Origin: Octopus sinensis
Taxonomy: Eukaryota
Assembly: GCF_006345805.1 (NCBI RefSeq)
Contig: NC_042998.1
Location: 78,182,001 to 78,246,000 of the forward strand
Length of the DNA stretch: 64,000 nucleotides
Direction: 5' to 3'
Made by a program: the position numbers and the translations under genes. The notes below the pieces were generated by a model, which was given only the letters and a program-made list of their open reading frames with translations, ran no database searches and was not told where the DNA came from. Below, one piece after another: positions 25,037 to 37,380 of this stretch. Within the stretch, counting starts at the first letter, position 1. Each line of letters starts with the position of its first letter.

Positions 25037-27129
25037 TGCGTTATGCTTGAAAAACGATTTTTTAAACAAGATTCTTTAAAGAAGAATATTTAATTACTCA
25101 TTCGTGAAAAATGAAGAATGACAAAGACAATTGAAAAGGCTGCAAGACGCAACAAAAATTTTAGGAAAATAAAAATAAGAAATAAGTGGAAATTTTACCG
25201 GTGTGTGTGTTAAATGATAAGGCACAAAAAGAAAATGACTCTACCCAGACACAACAGATTATGCTTCAACACACGAACTCAAATTAGGAATCTTGCAAAC
25301 CAAATCCCAAAACGAAATAAAATAAATGTTAGTATATTTAAAAACAAAATCATTATAAGAAAATGAAGTTCTAGAATCTGTATTTGGAGAGATGTGAGTG
25401 AATATTATATGGATTTTGTGTCTACCTTTTTCATCCAGCTCTGAAAACACTTTAGACATCTGAAAACTCTGAAAATACTTGTGTAGAATAAAGTTTTTTT
25501 GTTTTTTTTTTATCGCTTGTACTGTCTAGAAATTTCCGTCTTCTGAGTTCCTTACATATAACTAAATTTTTTATTAGTAGCGTCAGAATTCTTAAACTTC
25601 CCAATACATTACGCCGTCGAAGTAATCTATTCATTTCATTATGTAACGATTGCGCGTGCAATCTTTATATAAAAATTGCCGTTAAACCCACATCCATTTC
25701 TGATTTGGTTCATTTATTATTTCTTTAACCAAAAACTCAGTTAACAAAGTGCAAATTAAATCATTAGTGTAGGGGGTGAATTTTAAATATTCATCATCTT
25801 TTTTGTAAGTTCGTGCAGAAAAAAAAATATTGCTTGTTTAACAATTTTCAGATGATGCACGTTGAAATACAACTTGCTAGTGTTTATGAAAATAGGAAAT
25901 ATACAATTTCGACATCTTAAAAATCAATTTTCTGAAGTACTTTTAAAATATTATATGTACTTTCCTCCTGGAAGAGATAATGTTTTTAGTGGAATTGTGA
26001 TTAGGTTGTTCTGTTATGGCGAAATAGATAAAAACTAGGCTTTACTGAAGGAGATTTTTTGTTTATTTTTTCTCGGTATACTCTCAGACTATAAACAAAA
26101 CTGCAATTCAACGAAGAATTCAAGAACAGTTGTAAAACAATCCAATTGAATAAGATTGATTGACTAAATTTATCGTCTTTACAATCATACTTTTATTTTG
26201 TAAGAAAAAATTTGCTACTATTCAAAAGAAAATTCAAATTATGAATGTGTGACTGTTTACAACGCCAAAAACTATAACATTATTCAAACAGCTAAATCAA
26301 AATTTTACCCTATGGAAGTGGCTAAACGTTCGAGATTTGGAAAAAGTTGCACTTTACTTGAATATACATGTCCTTTAAAATGCTTTCTATAAAAAATAGG
26401 AAAAAAAAGAAATATTAACGGAAGCACTCTATTTTATAAATTAGATCACGTTGTACGATTGATCCATATCCATTATAAACAGTACTATAAAACTATACCT
26501 AAATACTTCAGACAGGAAATTCTATCAACCCCTAGGTTGTTTCCAGAATTAGGTCGTTATTACTGATTTTGTGTTATCTGTACTAAATAAAATACGTAAT
26601 AAACAAATCAGTACACTCACAATGCAATAATATTAACCGAGATAATAGCAAAATTAATACGCATCAATGACTCTCATTGAAGATAATTCGGTCCCACTAC
26701 ATGGCACCTTGGGCAGTATTACGATTTTCCTTGCGGTTGCTATTTTGTTCAAACTTTCGTTTGTATACACCAAATCAGTATTTTGATGCAATCGTATCTA
26801 TACACTATTGCGCTTAAAGATTTATACAAGTGTATGTGTATGTGTATGTGTGTAGACATACACACACACACATATATATATATGTGTGTGAATGTATGTA
26901 TATATGTATATATATATATATATATAGATAGATTGATAGATAGATAGTTTCACACATACACACACACGCATATATATATTATATATATATATCACATGTG
27001 TGTGCGTGTGTGCGTATGGCTGTGTGGTAAGAAGTTTACTTCCGGTATCCCAGAGTTCATTTGGTTTTTATGATTTTGTGCGAATTAAACGTGTTTTTTG
27101 TTTGTTTGTTTTGTTTTTTTTGTTTTGTT

Positions 27130-27950
27130 TTTTGCCGTGCGAACAAAATTGATAAAGGGTATAGAAAAGAAGAATTATACAGCAGCGGCGAGAGAAGAAA
27201 GAATTGAAGAAGTAAGCCTGGAAGATCTGAGCAGGTTCAAGGAAATGCTTGAAAGGGAGCGTAAAGGAGAAGAACGAGAAAACTATAACTTATAGAACAT
27301 TCTCGATAGCAGCCGAGAAGATTGAAGTAATGTCAACGGCACAGGTGGAAAGGGCGCTCCAACCAGTCTGGCAGAAAATTACCTACCTCGCCAAAGGTAG
27401 AAAATTTGGAACGGTGAAGGTGTGACTTCGGGAGGTAGCTACCGCCAAGCTTCATTCAGTGACACCGCTGAAAAATAATGAAGTAGTTCTGCCCGTTTAC
27501 CTTGGAAGACGTGCGTCCAGGGTTAGGGTAGATGAAATAACCCCGGAGGTCGATGTAGTCTGGCTGGTGGCTACCATACTGCGAGGCATGGAGGAGAATG
27601 TGGTGGTCCTACTGGCTACCAGAAAACCGCATAGGAACTGGCAGGGACAAACACTTGGTATGGTGGTACAAGTGGCGGAGGAATATATAGAAAAGGAAGT
27701 AGAGAACATCACAGTTCGAGATACAACGTTGAAAGTCAGAGTAGAGGGAAGAATTCCGAGATGCTATAAATGTGATCTGAAATGCCACATTAGAGCGAAG
27801 TGCCCTCCACCATCGGAAAAGGCTAAAGAGAATGAGAAATTGGTAGGTGCTTCACAGCCCATGGAGGAGAAGCTAAGAAATATGGTACTACAGTGTACCA
27901 GCATCGAAAAAGAGAAGAAAAAAGAGGAAGACACATGTGGTAAGGGATGA
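27130..27950 (+). pseudogene. Degenerate non-LTR retrotransposon ORF1 (gag-like) with CCHC zinc knuckle
   Basis: VRVEGRIPRCYKCDLKCHIRAKC (C-x2-C-x4-H-x4-C at 27762-27803) in ORF 27459-27950; upstream frame-broken continuation. Confidence 0.7.
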
Positions 27951-28456
27951 CCCCCAACCCATACCCACTCTACCCCCACCACTCCCTGCAGACACCAGCC
28001 CTCCCCATGCCCAGTCTGACAAAGAAACGTTTGCAAACACACAGGAACCTCCAATTTACCCACCCCCGCCCTGTAAGGAGAAATGTGTTAATGTTTTAAT
28101 TGGAATACTGTGACTACAAGTGGTAGAAGAAACAAAATGACACCAGTACAATACTGGAAAGTATAAGGTACGTGGATATCTTAAAGAAATACAAAATAGA
28201 CATTTTAGAAAAAGATATGGACTAACTGTTGTTAATGAACTGTTGTATAAACGGTGGTTGCAAATGATTATACAAATGGTGCAGAAATAATTGTTTTCAA
28301 AAAAATTTCAAAAAAAGTTGTTGCAAAGGGTTCAGTGAAGTCACCCGGAGGTGGGGCCGAGCTGCCTCATTCCATCTTTTCATTATTAATTCATTCTTTT
28401 CATTCGTTCTGTTTTGTTTGTTTCTTTACCCCTACCTTGTGTTGTCCCCTCTATTT

Positions 28457-30030
28457 AAGGCCTTCCCAACCACATGGTCCTGGGTTCAGTCCCACTACTA
28501 TAGCCTCGGACTGACGAAAGCCTTGTAAGTAGATTTGGTAGATGTAAACTGAAAGAAGCCCGTTTTATATCAATATATATACTGAACTGCAAAGGAAACG
28601 TAGCTCTGTAAAAGATTATTTGTTTCACACACGGTATTGAGATTATATGGATTTTATCACATTTCTTGGTAATTTGATATCAGAAAGATGCCACTGACCT
28701 ACAGCACCATTCTATTTTGAAAACACAAGGAGAGCATGTAGAGTTCGAACACGCTCACTTTTCGTGAACATGGTAATGCTCGCGAACGCATCTTTATGAC
28801 TCATTGGGTAGAAAAAGCACCCAAGTTTACCAGCCTATCATTCGTTTCCCGAACGCAGCAAGCATGCCATAACTGACAGGAAATCAGAGGGAGCAAGCCA
28901 TTGGAGGTCTTCATTCTCGTCAATGTCCATGGGTCATTGCTAATGATATTAACAGCGGTATTCGGATAACAGCGGTTTGAGGGAACGATACATGCCATAA
29001 ATAGCACCGATGATCGTCCATGTAGTGGCCGAACGAGGGTTACAACGATACACCAAGATCGCTACCTGCACCGACAGCACTTGCAGGAGCAATTCTAGAA
29101 GGCAAAAGAATCAGCTAGGCAGACCATAGTGACTCACTACAGACCCATTTTTGTAGAGACAGTTCGCCGCCGGCTGAGATCTTTCAATCTGTCTTGTCGA
29201 CATCCGACTAGATGCCCTATGCTCACAGATCGTCATCGACGGGATCGTCTGCGGTGGGCTCAAAAACGTCAGAACTGGTAATACCAGCAATGAAGGACTG
29301 TAGCCTTCTCTGACGAAAGTTGATATTGCATTTATGTGACAAATGACAGAGCTAGGGTTGGGGAAGAAGGGGTGAATGTCAAGCCGATGACTGTGTGGTG
29401 GAGAGATTCATGGGGAGGACAGGCATCATGGTATGTGGCAGGATTGCATTCCACCAGAAGCTTGGACCGGTAGTCTTCCAAAACATCAGTCAAAGCCGGA
29501 GCAATGAAGTAACCACTGCCCGTTACGTCAACCAAATGTTGAGGCCTCACATTGTGTCATACTTTACTCGTCATCAAAATCACGTGTTCCAACATGACAA
29601 CGTCTGTTAACAACATACTTCCTCCAACAGCGCAACATCCAGACACTGCCATAGCCTGCTCTAAGTCTGGACTTGAATCCCATAGAGCACCTGTGAGACG
29701 AAATCCAAAGAAAGCAAAATGACATCCGGCCAAGACCGACAACTGCTATTTAGTATATGCGCGACGTTTCTTTCGTGGTTTAGTTTGTGGGTAGACGTGC
29801 GAGCACACGTTTTGTGTCTGTGTCCGTCCTTGCCACCACCCTTGACAACCGGTGCTGGTGAATTTACGTCCCCGTAACTTAGCGATTCGGCAAAAGAGCC
29901 CAAAAGAATAAGTACCAGGCTTATAAAAAATAAGTACTGGGGTCGAGATATTCAACTAAAAAATTTTCAAGGTGGTGCCACAGCATGGCCGCAGTCTAAT
30001 GACTGAAAGAAGTTAAAAAAATAGAAAAGG
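28457..30030 (+). mobile_element. Long SINE copy split by a Tc1 insertion
   Basis: 5' half at 28457-28579 and 3' half at 29790-30030 both match the intact copy at 41473-41890. Confidence 0.8.
28580..29785 (+). mobile_element. Tc1-like (DD34E) transposon, apparently full length, transposase pseudogene
   Basis: ATG at 28864; motifs RPCSGR, FSDES, FQHDN and LNPIEHL; degenerate TIRs actgaactgcaaaggaaacgtagc versus the reverse complement of gcgacgtttctttcgtggtttagt (18/24). Confidence 0.85.
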
Positions 30031-30041
30031 AAAAAATATAT

Positions 30042-30840
30042 ATGAACTCTTGAAATCCCCAACAAAAATAGGGAAAACCCTAATTCTCTGGCAGAAATTA
30101 AACAGCTTGTCTTTTCAGAATCAGTGATCCAAATTATGTCTGAAAATTACGTCATGTAGACGCTGTCCTCTACAAAAGCATTCTGCCGTTGTGACTCCCC
30201 ATTGCTCGGAGCAACATCTCTGTTGGTTTTTCACGAATTTCGTCTTGAATTCTTTGTTTCAATTCATCCAGTGTCCTTGGCCGAGCCGTGTAGACCCGAC
30301 CCTAGTGACAGCTCTACATGAAAAAATTACAAACGGATTCGATGATCTTGGGGCCCATTGATGGTCACCGAATATTGAGATGACATAGCTACCGAACAAA
30401 TTTCGCACAACTGCCATTGATTACTTCGTAGTGTGCGATGTGGCATCATCCTATTGTCGTGTGTGTGATGTTTCACCATCCTATTGTAGTGTGCGATGTC
30501 GTACCATCGGGAAGTTGCGGAAAATTGTTCAATGCAGGTGCAACAGATTGCACCATCTCAACATATCGTTCCGAAGTCACAGTCTTTGTGATACCCGCTT
30601 CATTTCCGAAAACGTAAGGTTCGATAACGCTGTGAGACGTAACTGCACACTAAACCGTTACTTGCTGCCGTGTAAAGGACGTTCATGAAATTCTTTAGGG
30701 TTGCTATCTACAGGATGTAATTTTCAGACATTAATAATTTGCATTACCGATTCTTAAACGGCAAGTTACTTAATTTCTGTCAATAAATACTATTTTCTTA
30801 GATAATATTCCTATTTTTGTTGAGTTTTTCAAGAGTTCAT
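30042..30840. mobile_element. maT-like Tc1/mariner-superfamily C-terminal fragment flanked by inverted copies of its own 3' end
   Basis: Minus strand: TVTSERYVEM, DGTTSHT, VISIFGDHQWAPRS, SRVYTARPRTLDELKQRI, LHDVIFRH. Plus strand 30697-30840 repeats YLQDVIFRH* plus the 3' UTR; termini are atgaactcttgaaa / tttcaagagttcat. Confidence 0.75.
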
Positions 30841-31005
30841 TATTTACATTATTTACATTTGACGGATATGTTTTCTCATCTTGTTTGTTGTTACCACAAC
30901 GTTTCGGCTGATTTACTCTCCAGCCTTCATCAGGTGTCCTGGTAGAGTTTTGGACCCAACCCTAGGTTCTCATTCATAAGGTATTTTTTGCTGATGCTGT
31001 TGTTG

Positions 31006-31055
<50 letters not shown>

Positions 31056-31520
31056 GAGTGAGAGAGCAGTGCATGCCATCAAAGTGACACTGGGGTAAAA
31101 TATACGAAACCCAATATACCCATCATGACTACCCGTCTGATAAAGGTACACCAGGCACATGCATCACAACCATATGTGCGCGACATGGTGATCTCATATC
31201 AAGATAAACAGCACATGACCTTGCAGGTGGGGCCCAGTTAGAATTTTCTTCAGGTTGAGTAGCCCATCCCGCTCAAAAGGTCCCTGAATAAGGGTTGTTT
31301 AAGGATGTTGAAAGAACCACCCATGTTTCCAGAGGTGAATTATTCAAACCCCAAAGAATCCCTCTCAACACATGGCTATGATGCTCCCCCACTACTTCTG
31401 CTCGTGATCAGAGATGCACATATCGTCAGCCACTAAGGGACATGCTCAACTGGTTAAGGTCAAACAACTGACAAGCAAATCTGTGGTATTGAGCAGATTG
31501 TTTGCTGTAGCCCTATTATC

Positions 31521-31554
<34 letters not shown>

Positions 31555-31740
31555 ATATTATTATTATTATTATCACTATTATTATTATTGTTTAATAAAT
31601 AATAATAACACCAGCAAAAAAATAACTTATGAATGAGAACCCAGGACACCTGATGAAGGCTGGAGAGTAAATCAGCCGAAATGTTGTGGTAACAACAAAC
31701 AAGATGAGGACATATATCCGTCTAATGTACAGAATTCCTC
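30841..31740. mobile_element. Divergent pair of PLE-type terminal repeats with hammerhead motifs around a (TAA)n array
   Basis: 30841-31000 (-) and 31606-31735 (+) are inverted copies, both containing GGACAC-CTGATGA-A-GGCTG-gagagtaaat-CAGCC-GAAA. Confidence 0.75.
31054..31515 (-). mobile_element. ~460-bp retroposed fragment with (AAT)n tail inserted in the TAA array
   Basis: Unique-sequence block flanked on both sides by (TTA)n; the minus strand ends ctctctcactcaataataat. Family not assigned (likely a LINE 3' UTR or SINE). Confidence 0.55.
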
Positions 31741-31821
31741 ATCTCAAAAATATAGAACAGCATTTTTCAAAAGTTCCCGTTTTTTTTTGGGGGGGGGAGT
31801 CACCATATATACATAATATGT

Positions 31822-31892
<71 letters not shown>

Positions 31893-32564
31893 GATGCGTT
31901 TATTCTTACGTAAAATGGTATATAACAACAGTCACCCAACAGTTGATATTTTTGAGCAGGTTTTACATATATTTTACAAAGGAAAGACACGTCAGGACTT
32001 CTTTGGGCATCCTTTGTTTTTGTTCTTTTCAAGTTTTCTGTATAATTTTAATTCAACACGTGAGTGCTTGCAGTGTTAATTTTGTTTAATAATGTACCTT
32101 TGTCGAGTAAAACCTCTTTATAGGTTGTTTGTGTGCGTTGATATGAGTTATTTAATAGATATTGACATTTTAAAATGAAACAAAAATTTTTTCAGATGTA
32201 CATAAAGGGAGAATATGAAGAGACAGTAGAAGTAGAATAAGGAGGAGGGAGAACAATGGAAAAGAAGAGAAAGAAGGAGTTGATATACAGTGGCGGAGAA
32301 AAACGATGAATCTTTGATTTGTGCTTTGCTGGAAGTCAGTTTGCTACGATGGAAAGGTGCAAAACAAACGCCATGTAAACCTGTCCTCTGTGTTGCAATA
32401 CCCTCTTCTTTTTGTCCTTTTCCCACACTCCGCCCTTCTCTTCTTCATCGCTTCTTTTACTACTTCGTTTCCCTTCCGATGTCCTTGTGTATATCTATTG
32501 AAATATTTTATCTTCAATGTAATATATTGATATATATTGGCTTCAAATTTTGTCAAAAGGCCAG

Positions 32565-32740
32565 CAGTTTTGGGGCAAGTGGTAAGTCAATTACATTGGC
32601 CCCAGTGCATAACTGGTACTTATTTTATCGACCCTGAAAGACGGAAAAGTAGAGTCGACCTCGGCAGAATATAAACTAAGAACGTAAAGACGGACGACAT
32701 GGCGCTCAGCATTTTTCCTGGCGTTGTAACAATTCTTCCT
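32565..32740 (-). mobile_element. SINE copy (AAGGCGGCGAGCTGGCAG-type)
   Basis: Contains actggtacttattttatcgaccctgaaag and gtcgacctcggcagaat, the reverse complement of the family core. Confidence 0.75.
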
Positions 32741-32780
32741 GCCCGCAGTGTTTTTACGTATTAAGATATATATATATATA

Positions 32781-33282
32781 CTAGCAGTATTGCCCGGCAT
32801 TGCTCGGGTTTCTAAGGGAAATAACTATATAAGCATTTTTAGAGAGTTACTTCCCTTATAGATGCCAATTCGGGCTTTCTTAGCCATTTTTGTTTTGGTG
32901 TCTTCAAGCCATGAAGTCGTTGTTCTAAAAGAACGCTGGTCTCCTTGACAACGCTTTACGACGTTGATTTCCTTACACTCCCTTCCCCACAGCTTCACGA
33001 GGGAGGGAAGAAGGGGGAGAAGCAAACAGGTGCAGGTGTGACCATGGACGCCAACTCCGCCGCCATCGACACACGAAAAATTATGCATTAAAATGGAATA
33101 AAAAATGATGTTAAATTATTTTTAAAATCGTAGACTCATCGTAGACGCGCGCTAATACTCAGACGGGCTTGATATGAATCACGACTATAAGATACCCGAA
33201 TTTGGCTAAACTACACCGCAAAATGTGGGAGTAGTTAGGAATCTAAATCGAAGGGGACAGACACTCACACAACTACAGTTTT

Positions 33283-33337
<55 letters not shown>

Positions 33338-33340
33338 AGA
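32781..33340 (-). mobile_element. Non-autonomous Helitron
   Basis: Minus strand starts in a tatatataaaactgtagttgtgtgagtgtctgtc head and ends cccgagcaatgccgggcaatactgCTAG|T, i.e. a 3' hairpin plus CTAG. Confidence 0.75.
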
Positions 33341-33640
33341 TATATATATATACATGATATATTTCCACCTCCGTATTCTTAAGAGACCTTGAGCGAACAT
33401 GTTCTTGAGATCTGACAATAAGCCGTAAAGCTAAAATCTTTATGGACGGGAAACCTAAGGTAATACCATAACCACCCCCCTCATTTTTTATATATACTGT
33501 TCTATATGTTAGAGTATGCGTCTTCTTTCGGATTTATGCTTTTACAGATATATATATTTATATGTATGTATGTATATATATATATATATATAATATATAT
33601 ATATATATACAAACATACATACATATATATATATATATAT

Positions 33641-36199
33641 GATTGATTGATTCTAGTTTCAGCTTATGAGCTGTGGCCATGCTGGGGCACCGCCATTTGG
33701 TGTTGCTACTTGGTTTCACTTCATGGAGGCTTTCTAGCAACTGCTATTTGGTGCATGAGAGAGTTCGATGCAGCTGCCCTCATCTGCCCCTCCTGCCGTG
33801 AAGTTGGTTCATCTGGGACACCTGACAGGAAGAGATCCAGCTTCATTTTAAAGACATCTGTATCCACCCCATGCAGGTCTCTCAGGTTCTTCGGGAGGAT
33901 ATTGAAGAGCTGTGGGCCTCGGAAGCCCAGGCTATCACAGAATCTTGTCCTACATCTTGATGGCAAGTTTGGAGTCCTAGGCACCACGCAGTGGCGCCCA
34001 GTTCTGGCATTTGCGTAACTCTCGATGCCAAAGTTCAGGACACTTCCCTCCAGGATCTTCCAGATGTATATTATGGCATATCTTTCCCGCCTACGCTCCA
34101 GGGAATATAATTTTAATCTCTTGAGTCTTTCCCAGTAGCTTACATTCTGCATAGAGGCTATCTTCTTCGTGTAGCTTCGTTGGATCGCCTCAAGTTCTGT
34201 GATCAACTTGACACTGGATGGTGACCATAGCTGAGAGCAATAGTCAAAGTGGCTTAGGACAAGTGTCTTCCAGAGGACCATCATGGTTTCTTGTTCTCTT
34301 GTTCTAAAGGTTCTAAGAATCCAGCCAGCCAGCCGTCTGCATTTCATTGTCAGTTTAGCAACATGTACATGAAAGGTCGCGTCATCACTCATGTGAATAC
34401 CCAGGTCACGCACTGATTGTGCCTCTGGGATTGCAATCCCTCCGGGTCCAGTGTATTCCTTGGGTATTGCATTCAGTTTTGCATGCTGATAGTATAAAGC
34501 TTGAAACTTTTCAGCATTGAACTGCATGCTATTCTTTTCAGCCCATTTGTATATTTCGTCCAGCTCATATTGCAGGTGCTTAGTGTCTTCATGGTTCTGT
34601 ATTGCCTGTGAAACTTTTGTATCATCTGCATAACTTGTGATCGTGGCTCTCCACGTGGCTGAGGGCATGTCTGAGAGGGCCATTATGAACAGTAGTGGTC
34701 CCAAAACAGTGCCCTGTGGAACATCGCTCACTATTTGCGTGCTAATGGAAGTGGCCCCATTGGCTACTACCACCTGACTTCTATTCTTCAGAAAGTCGTG
34801 AAGCGATTCTCCTAGTTTTCCAACTATGCCAAGATCACGCAGTTTGTGACATATCATTCCATGATCGACTTTATCGAAGGCCTTTGCGAAGTCGAGATAT
34901 ATGACTTCCACATTTGAGTGGTTGAGCAGTTGTTTCAGCACCCAGTCATAGTGCTGCAGGAGCTGAGTTAAGCAGCTTCTTCCTGGTCGGAAACCATGTT
35001 GGGTGTCAGGCAGCAAGTCATTTTCTTCAAGGAAGGTGATTAGTTTCCTTCTGACTATTCGTTCCATGACCTGCTGATGTGTGAGGTCAGAGAGATAGGT
35101 CTGTAGTTCTTGGCCTCCGCTCTGCTACCTCCTTTATGAATAGGGCATATTTTACCTTCCTTCAGTTTTCTTGGAAGTTTGCCAGCTGCAAGGAAGCTCT
35201 GAAAGAGGAACTGCAGTGGTCTTGCTAAGACTCTCTTACATACTTTTAGGAGGATTGCCGGGAATCCATCGGGGCCAATAGCTGAGTCTATTTTCATTTC
35301 ATCTATAGCCTTTATTACATCGTCTTCCTTTATATCGATGTAATTTATCGTCGCCGCCTCTGGTTCTATATCTGCAGTGGTAAAGAAGTCAGTTGGATTG
35401 CTGATTTAGAAATGCCCAAGGGGTGGAGTGAAAACACTCTTGAATTGTTCATTCAGTATTTCACTTACCCTCATTGGTTTTCCTGTGAGTGTGCCATCCT
35501 TTTCAAGGAGTGGCCCTATCCTACAGTGCACCGTAGCTGTTTCTTTGGCATACCTGTAGAAAGCTCTGGGGTTAGTTTTTATGTTGTCTATAGCCCAGGC
35601 TTCTTTGTCTGCTCTTTCCTTCTCATGGGAGAGTTGCAGACAATTTTCAATTTCCAACAGTTTTATTTTTAGGCGGGACTTTTCACTGCTTTCAATTTGT
35701 TTGTTTAGGCGATTTGAAATTTTGTACGCCGTCTCATTAAAATTTTCCTCTCTCTGGGGATTTTGTTCTTGTGTACAGTGGCCTTCTCTCTGGGACACAT
35801 TTGTAGCATATGGCTTGCATTACAGACATGAATTGTTGAAGTATCATGTCGATGTCCGGCGAGGAGAGACATTCAGGCCAGTTTTGTTTGAGGATCTCTT
35901 TCTCAATTTGTTTCCAGTTTGCCTTATTGAAGTTCAAGCTGGAAAGATTCTGAGGGTTTCTTGTAGGCTGCATGACTCCTTTCTTTCCTGTCGGTCCGTA
36001 GTACAACATACTGTGGTATGTGTAATTCCGCATCTGCTATGTCCAGTTTCAGATGCGTTTCTGTGAGTGCTATGCATAAGGCTTGATTGCATGCGACAAA
36101 GTCTCTCAGGAACGGGACTTTTGTCCTGTTACTGTGTGTTAGTAGTCCTCTGGTGTTCATATATATACATTCATTTAATTCCTTATTTTTAGTCATCAA
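33641..36199 (-). mobile_element. CR1-clade LINE (family A): ORF2 with partial AP endonuclease, intact 448-aa RT reading frame and complete 3' end
   Basis: NTRGL...LTETHL...RTDR; NYRPISLTS; QHGFRPGRSCLTQLL, YLDFAKAFDKVDH, VPQGTVLGPLLF, SYADDTK; (AATC)n tail; frameshifts upstream of 35067. Confidence 0.95.
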
Positions 36200-36749
36200 A
36201 TCAAATTTCTTACAAAGGAATTTTTTTATGTCACTTAAAGAAAGTACACTACTAAACCATACCTAACTTGCAAACATATTAGAACACACAAAATATAGTA
36301 AAAGAATAAAGGGTAAAAATGCTTTTAGTCTCATGAAATCACAACCGCGAAATATCAGAGTCACTATGAATAATTTCTTTGTATTTGTGATCATACACAC
36401 ACACACACGCGCGCGCACGCACGCACACAATCTAGTGAAATGTGAACACAGATGAGTGGAAATAACACTCAACAAATAGTTGAAGTTGTATATATTGAGT
36501 AACATATTGACTTAACCTGTCATCTAACTTAATTTTTCGTAGACGTATTAATAAAAGATCGTCTACCTCCTCAGACATTCGGAAGAGAAAATAAGAAGAG
36601 AGAAAATAAAATTCCTTCGTTTGATCAGTTGGTACCACGTTGGTGCAGTGATAACCAGCGACAGCAGATATTAGGTCTAAATAGCAGGCGGAATAATGTA
36701 ACTTAGTCATCGATGCGTTATATTTAGTACGTAGCGACATCAGTGACTT

Positions 36750-37380
36750 ACAGAGAGAACTGCAGGGAACAGTTAACATTTGTTGATCATATACGGTCAC
36801 GTGGATATACTGATAATTCAGCGACTATATATGGTGAAAGGAAAACCCTCCACGTATTTAAGAAGGCATAATAATATTGATGTCACTTAGTCAACGGTGC
36901 ACGTTTGCCGTACACGTGCCTGATGTGTCTGCTGGCTCATTGAAATGTAAAAATGGAGAACTATAAATCTCTGTACGAACAGCAGGTGGTATATCTTGGT
37001 TATCGGATAGATGGGTGCAGTGGCAGTCTATACATCAAAAGAGCGTATTTCAGTATGAAATATCGGTCTTTTTACTAATGGATACAACAGACTGTTGGAG
37101 TACGTGCAGTTTTTCTCAGATGTAGAGTCAGCAATTATGAGTCCCGGGCGAGTAAAGTGAAGCCCTGTCAGATATGCTCCATATGATACTGGGGCAAAAT
37201 GTCACTGTGCTTACGGAATCTCCATATGAAGAAAAACAAGGAAATCAGATCTTCTCTATTCCACTACATCTGAAGGAATGCATATGCTGTGAGTATCTTC
37301 CCTTGAAGATATTAGCTGTTATGGATGTAATGTGTCGTAATATCATCGGAGGGCTCTATAGACAACGGGTCACGAGAGGC
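36750..37380 (+). mobile_element. Probable very degenerate Ty3/gypsy RT-RNase H remnant
   Basis: QQVVYLGYRIDG, GVRAVFL (DASxxGVGAVL-like) and LKILAVM occur in the expected order. Confidence 0.35.

Noticed and set aside
25259-25661. Two adjacent minus-strand ORFs as a small gene
   Set aside because: AT-rich, interrupted by a poly-A run, overlaps a dispersed repeat and shows no family motif.
33721-35067. 448-aa RT ORF as an active autonomous element
   Set aside because: Upstream ORF2 is frameshifted, the endonuclease is mostly deleted and ORF1 is absent.
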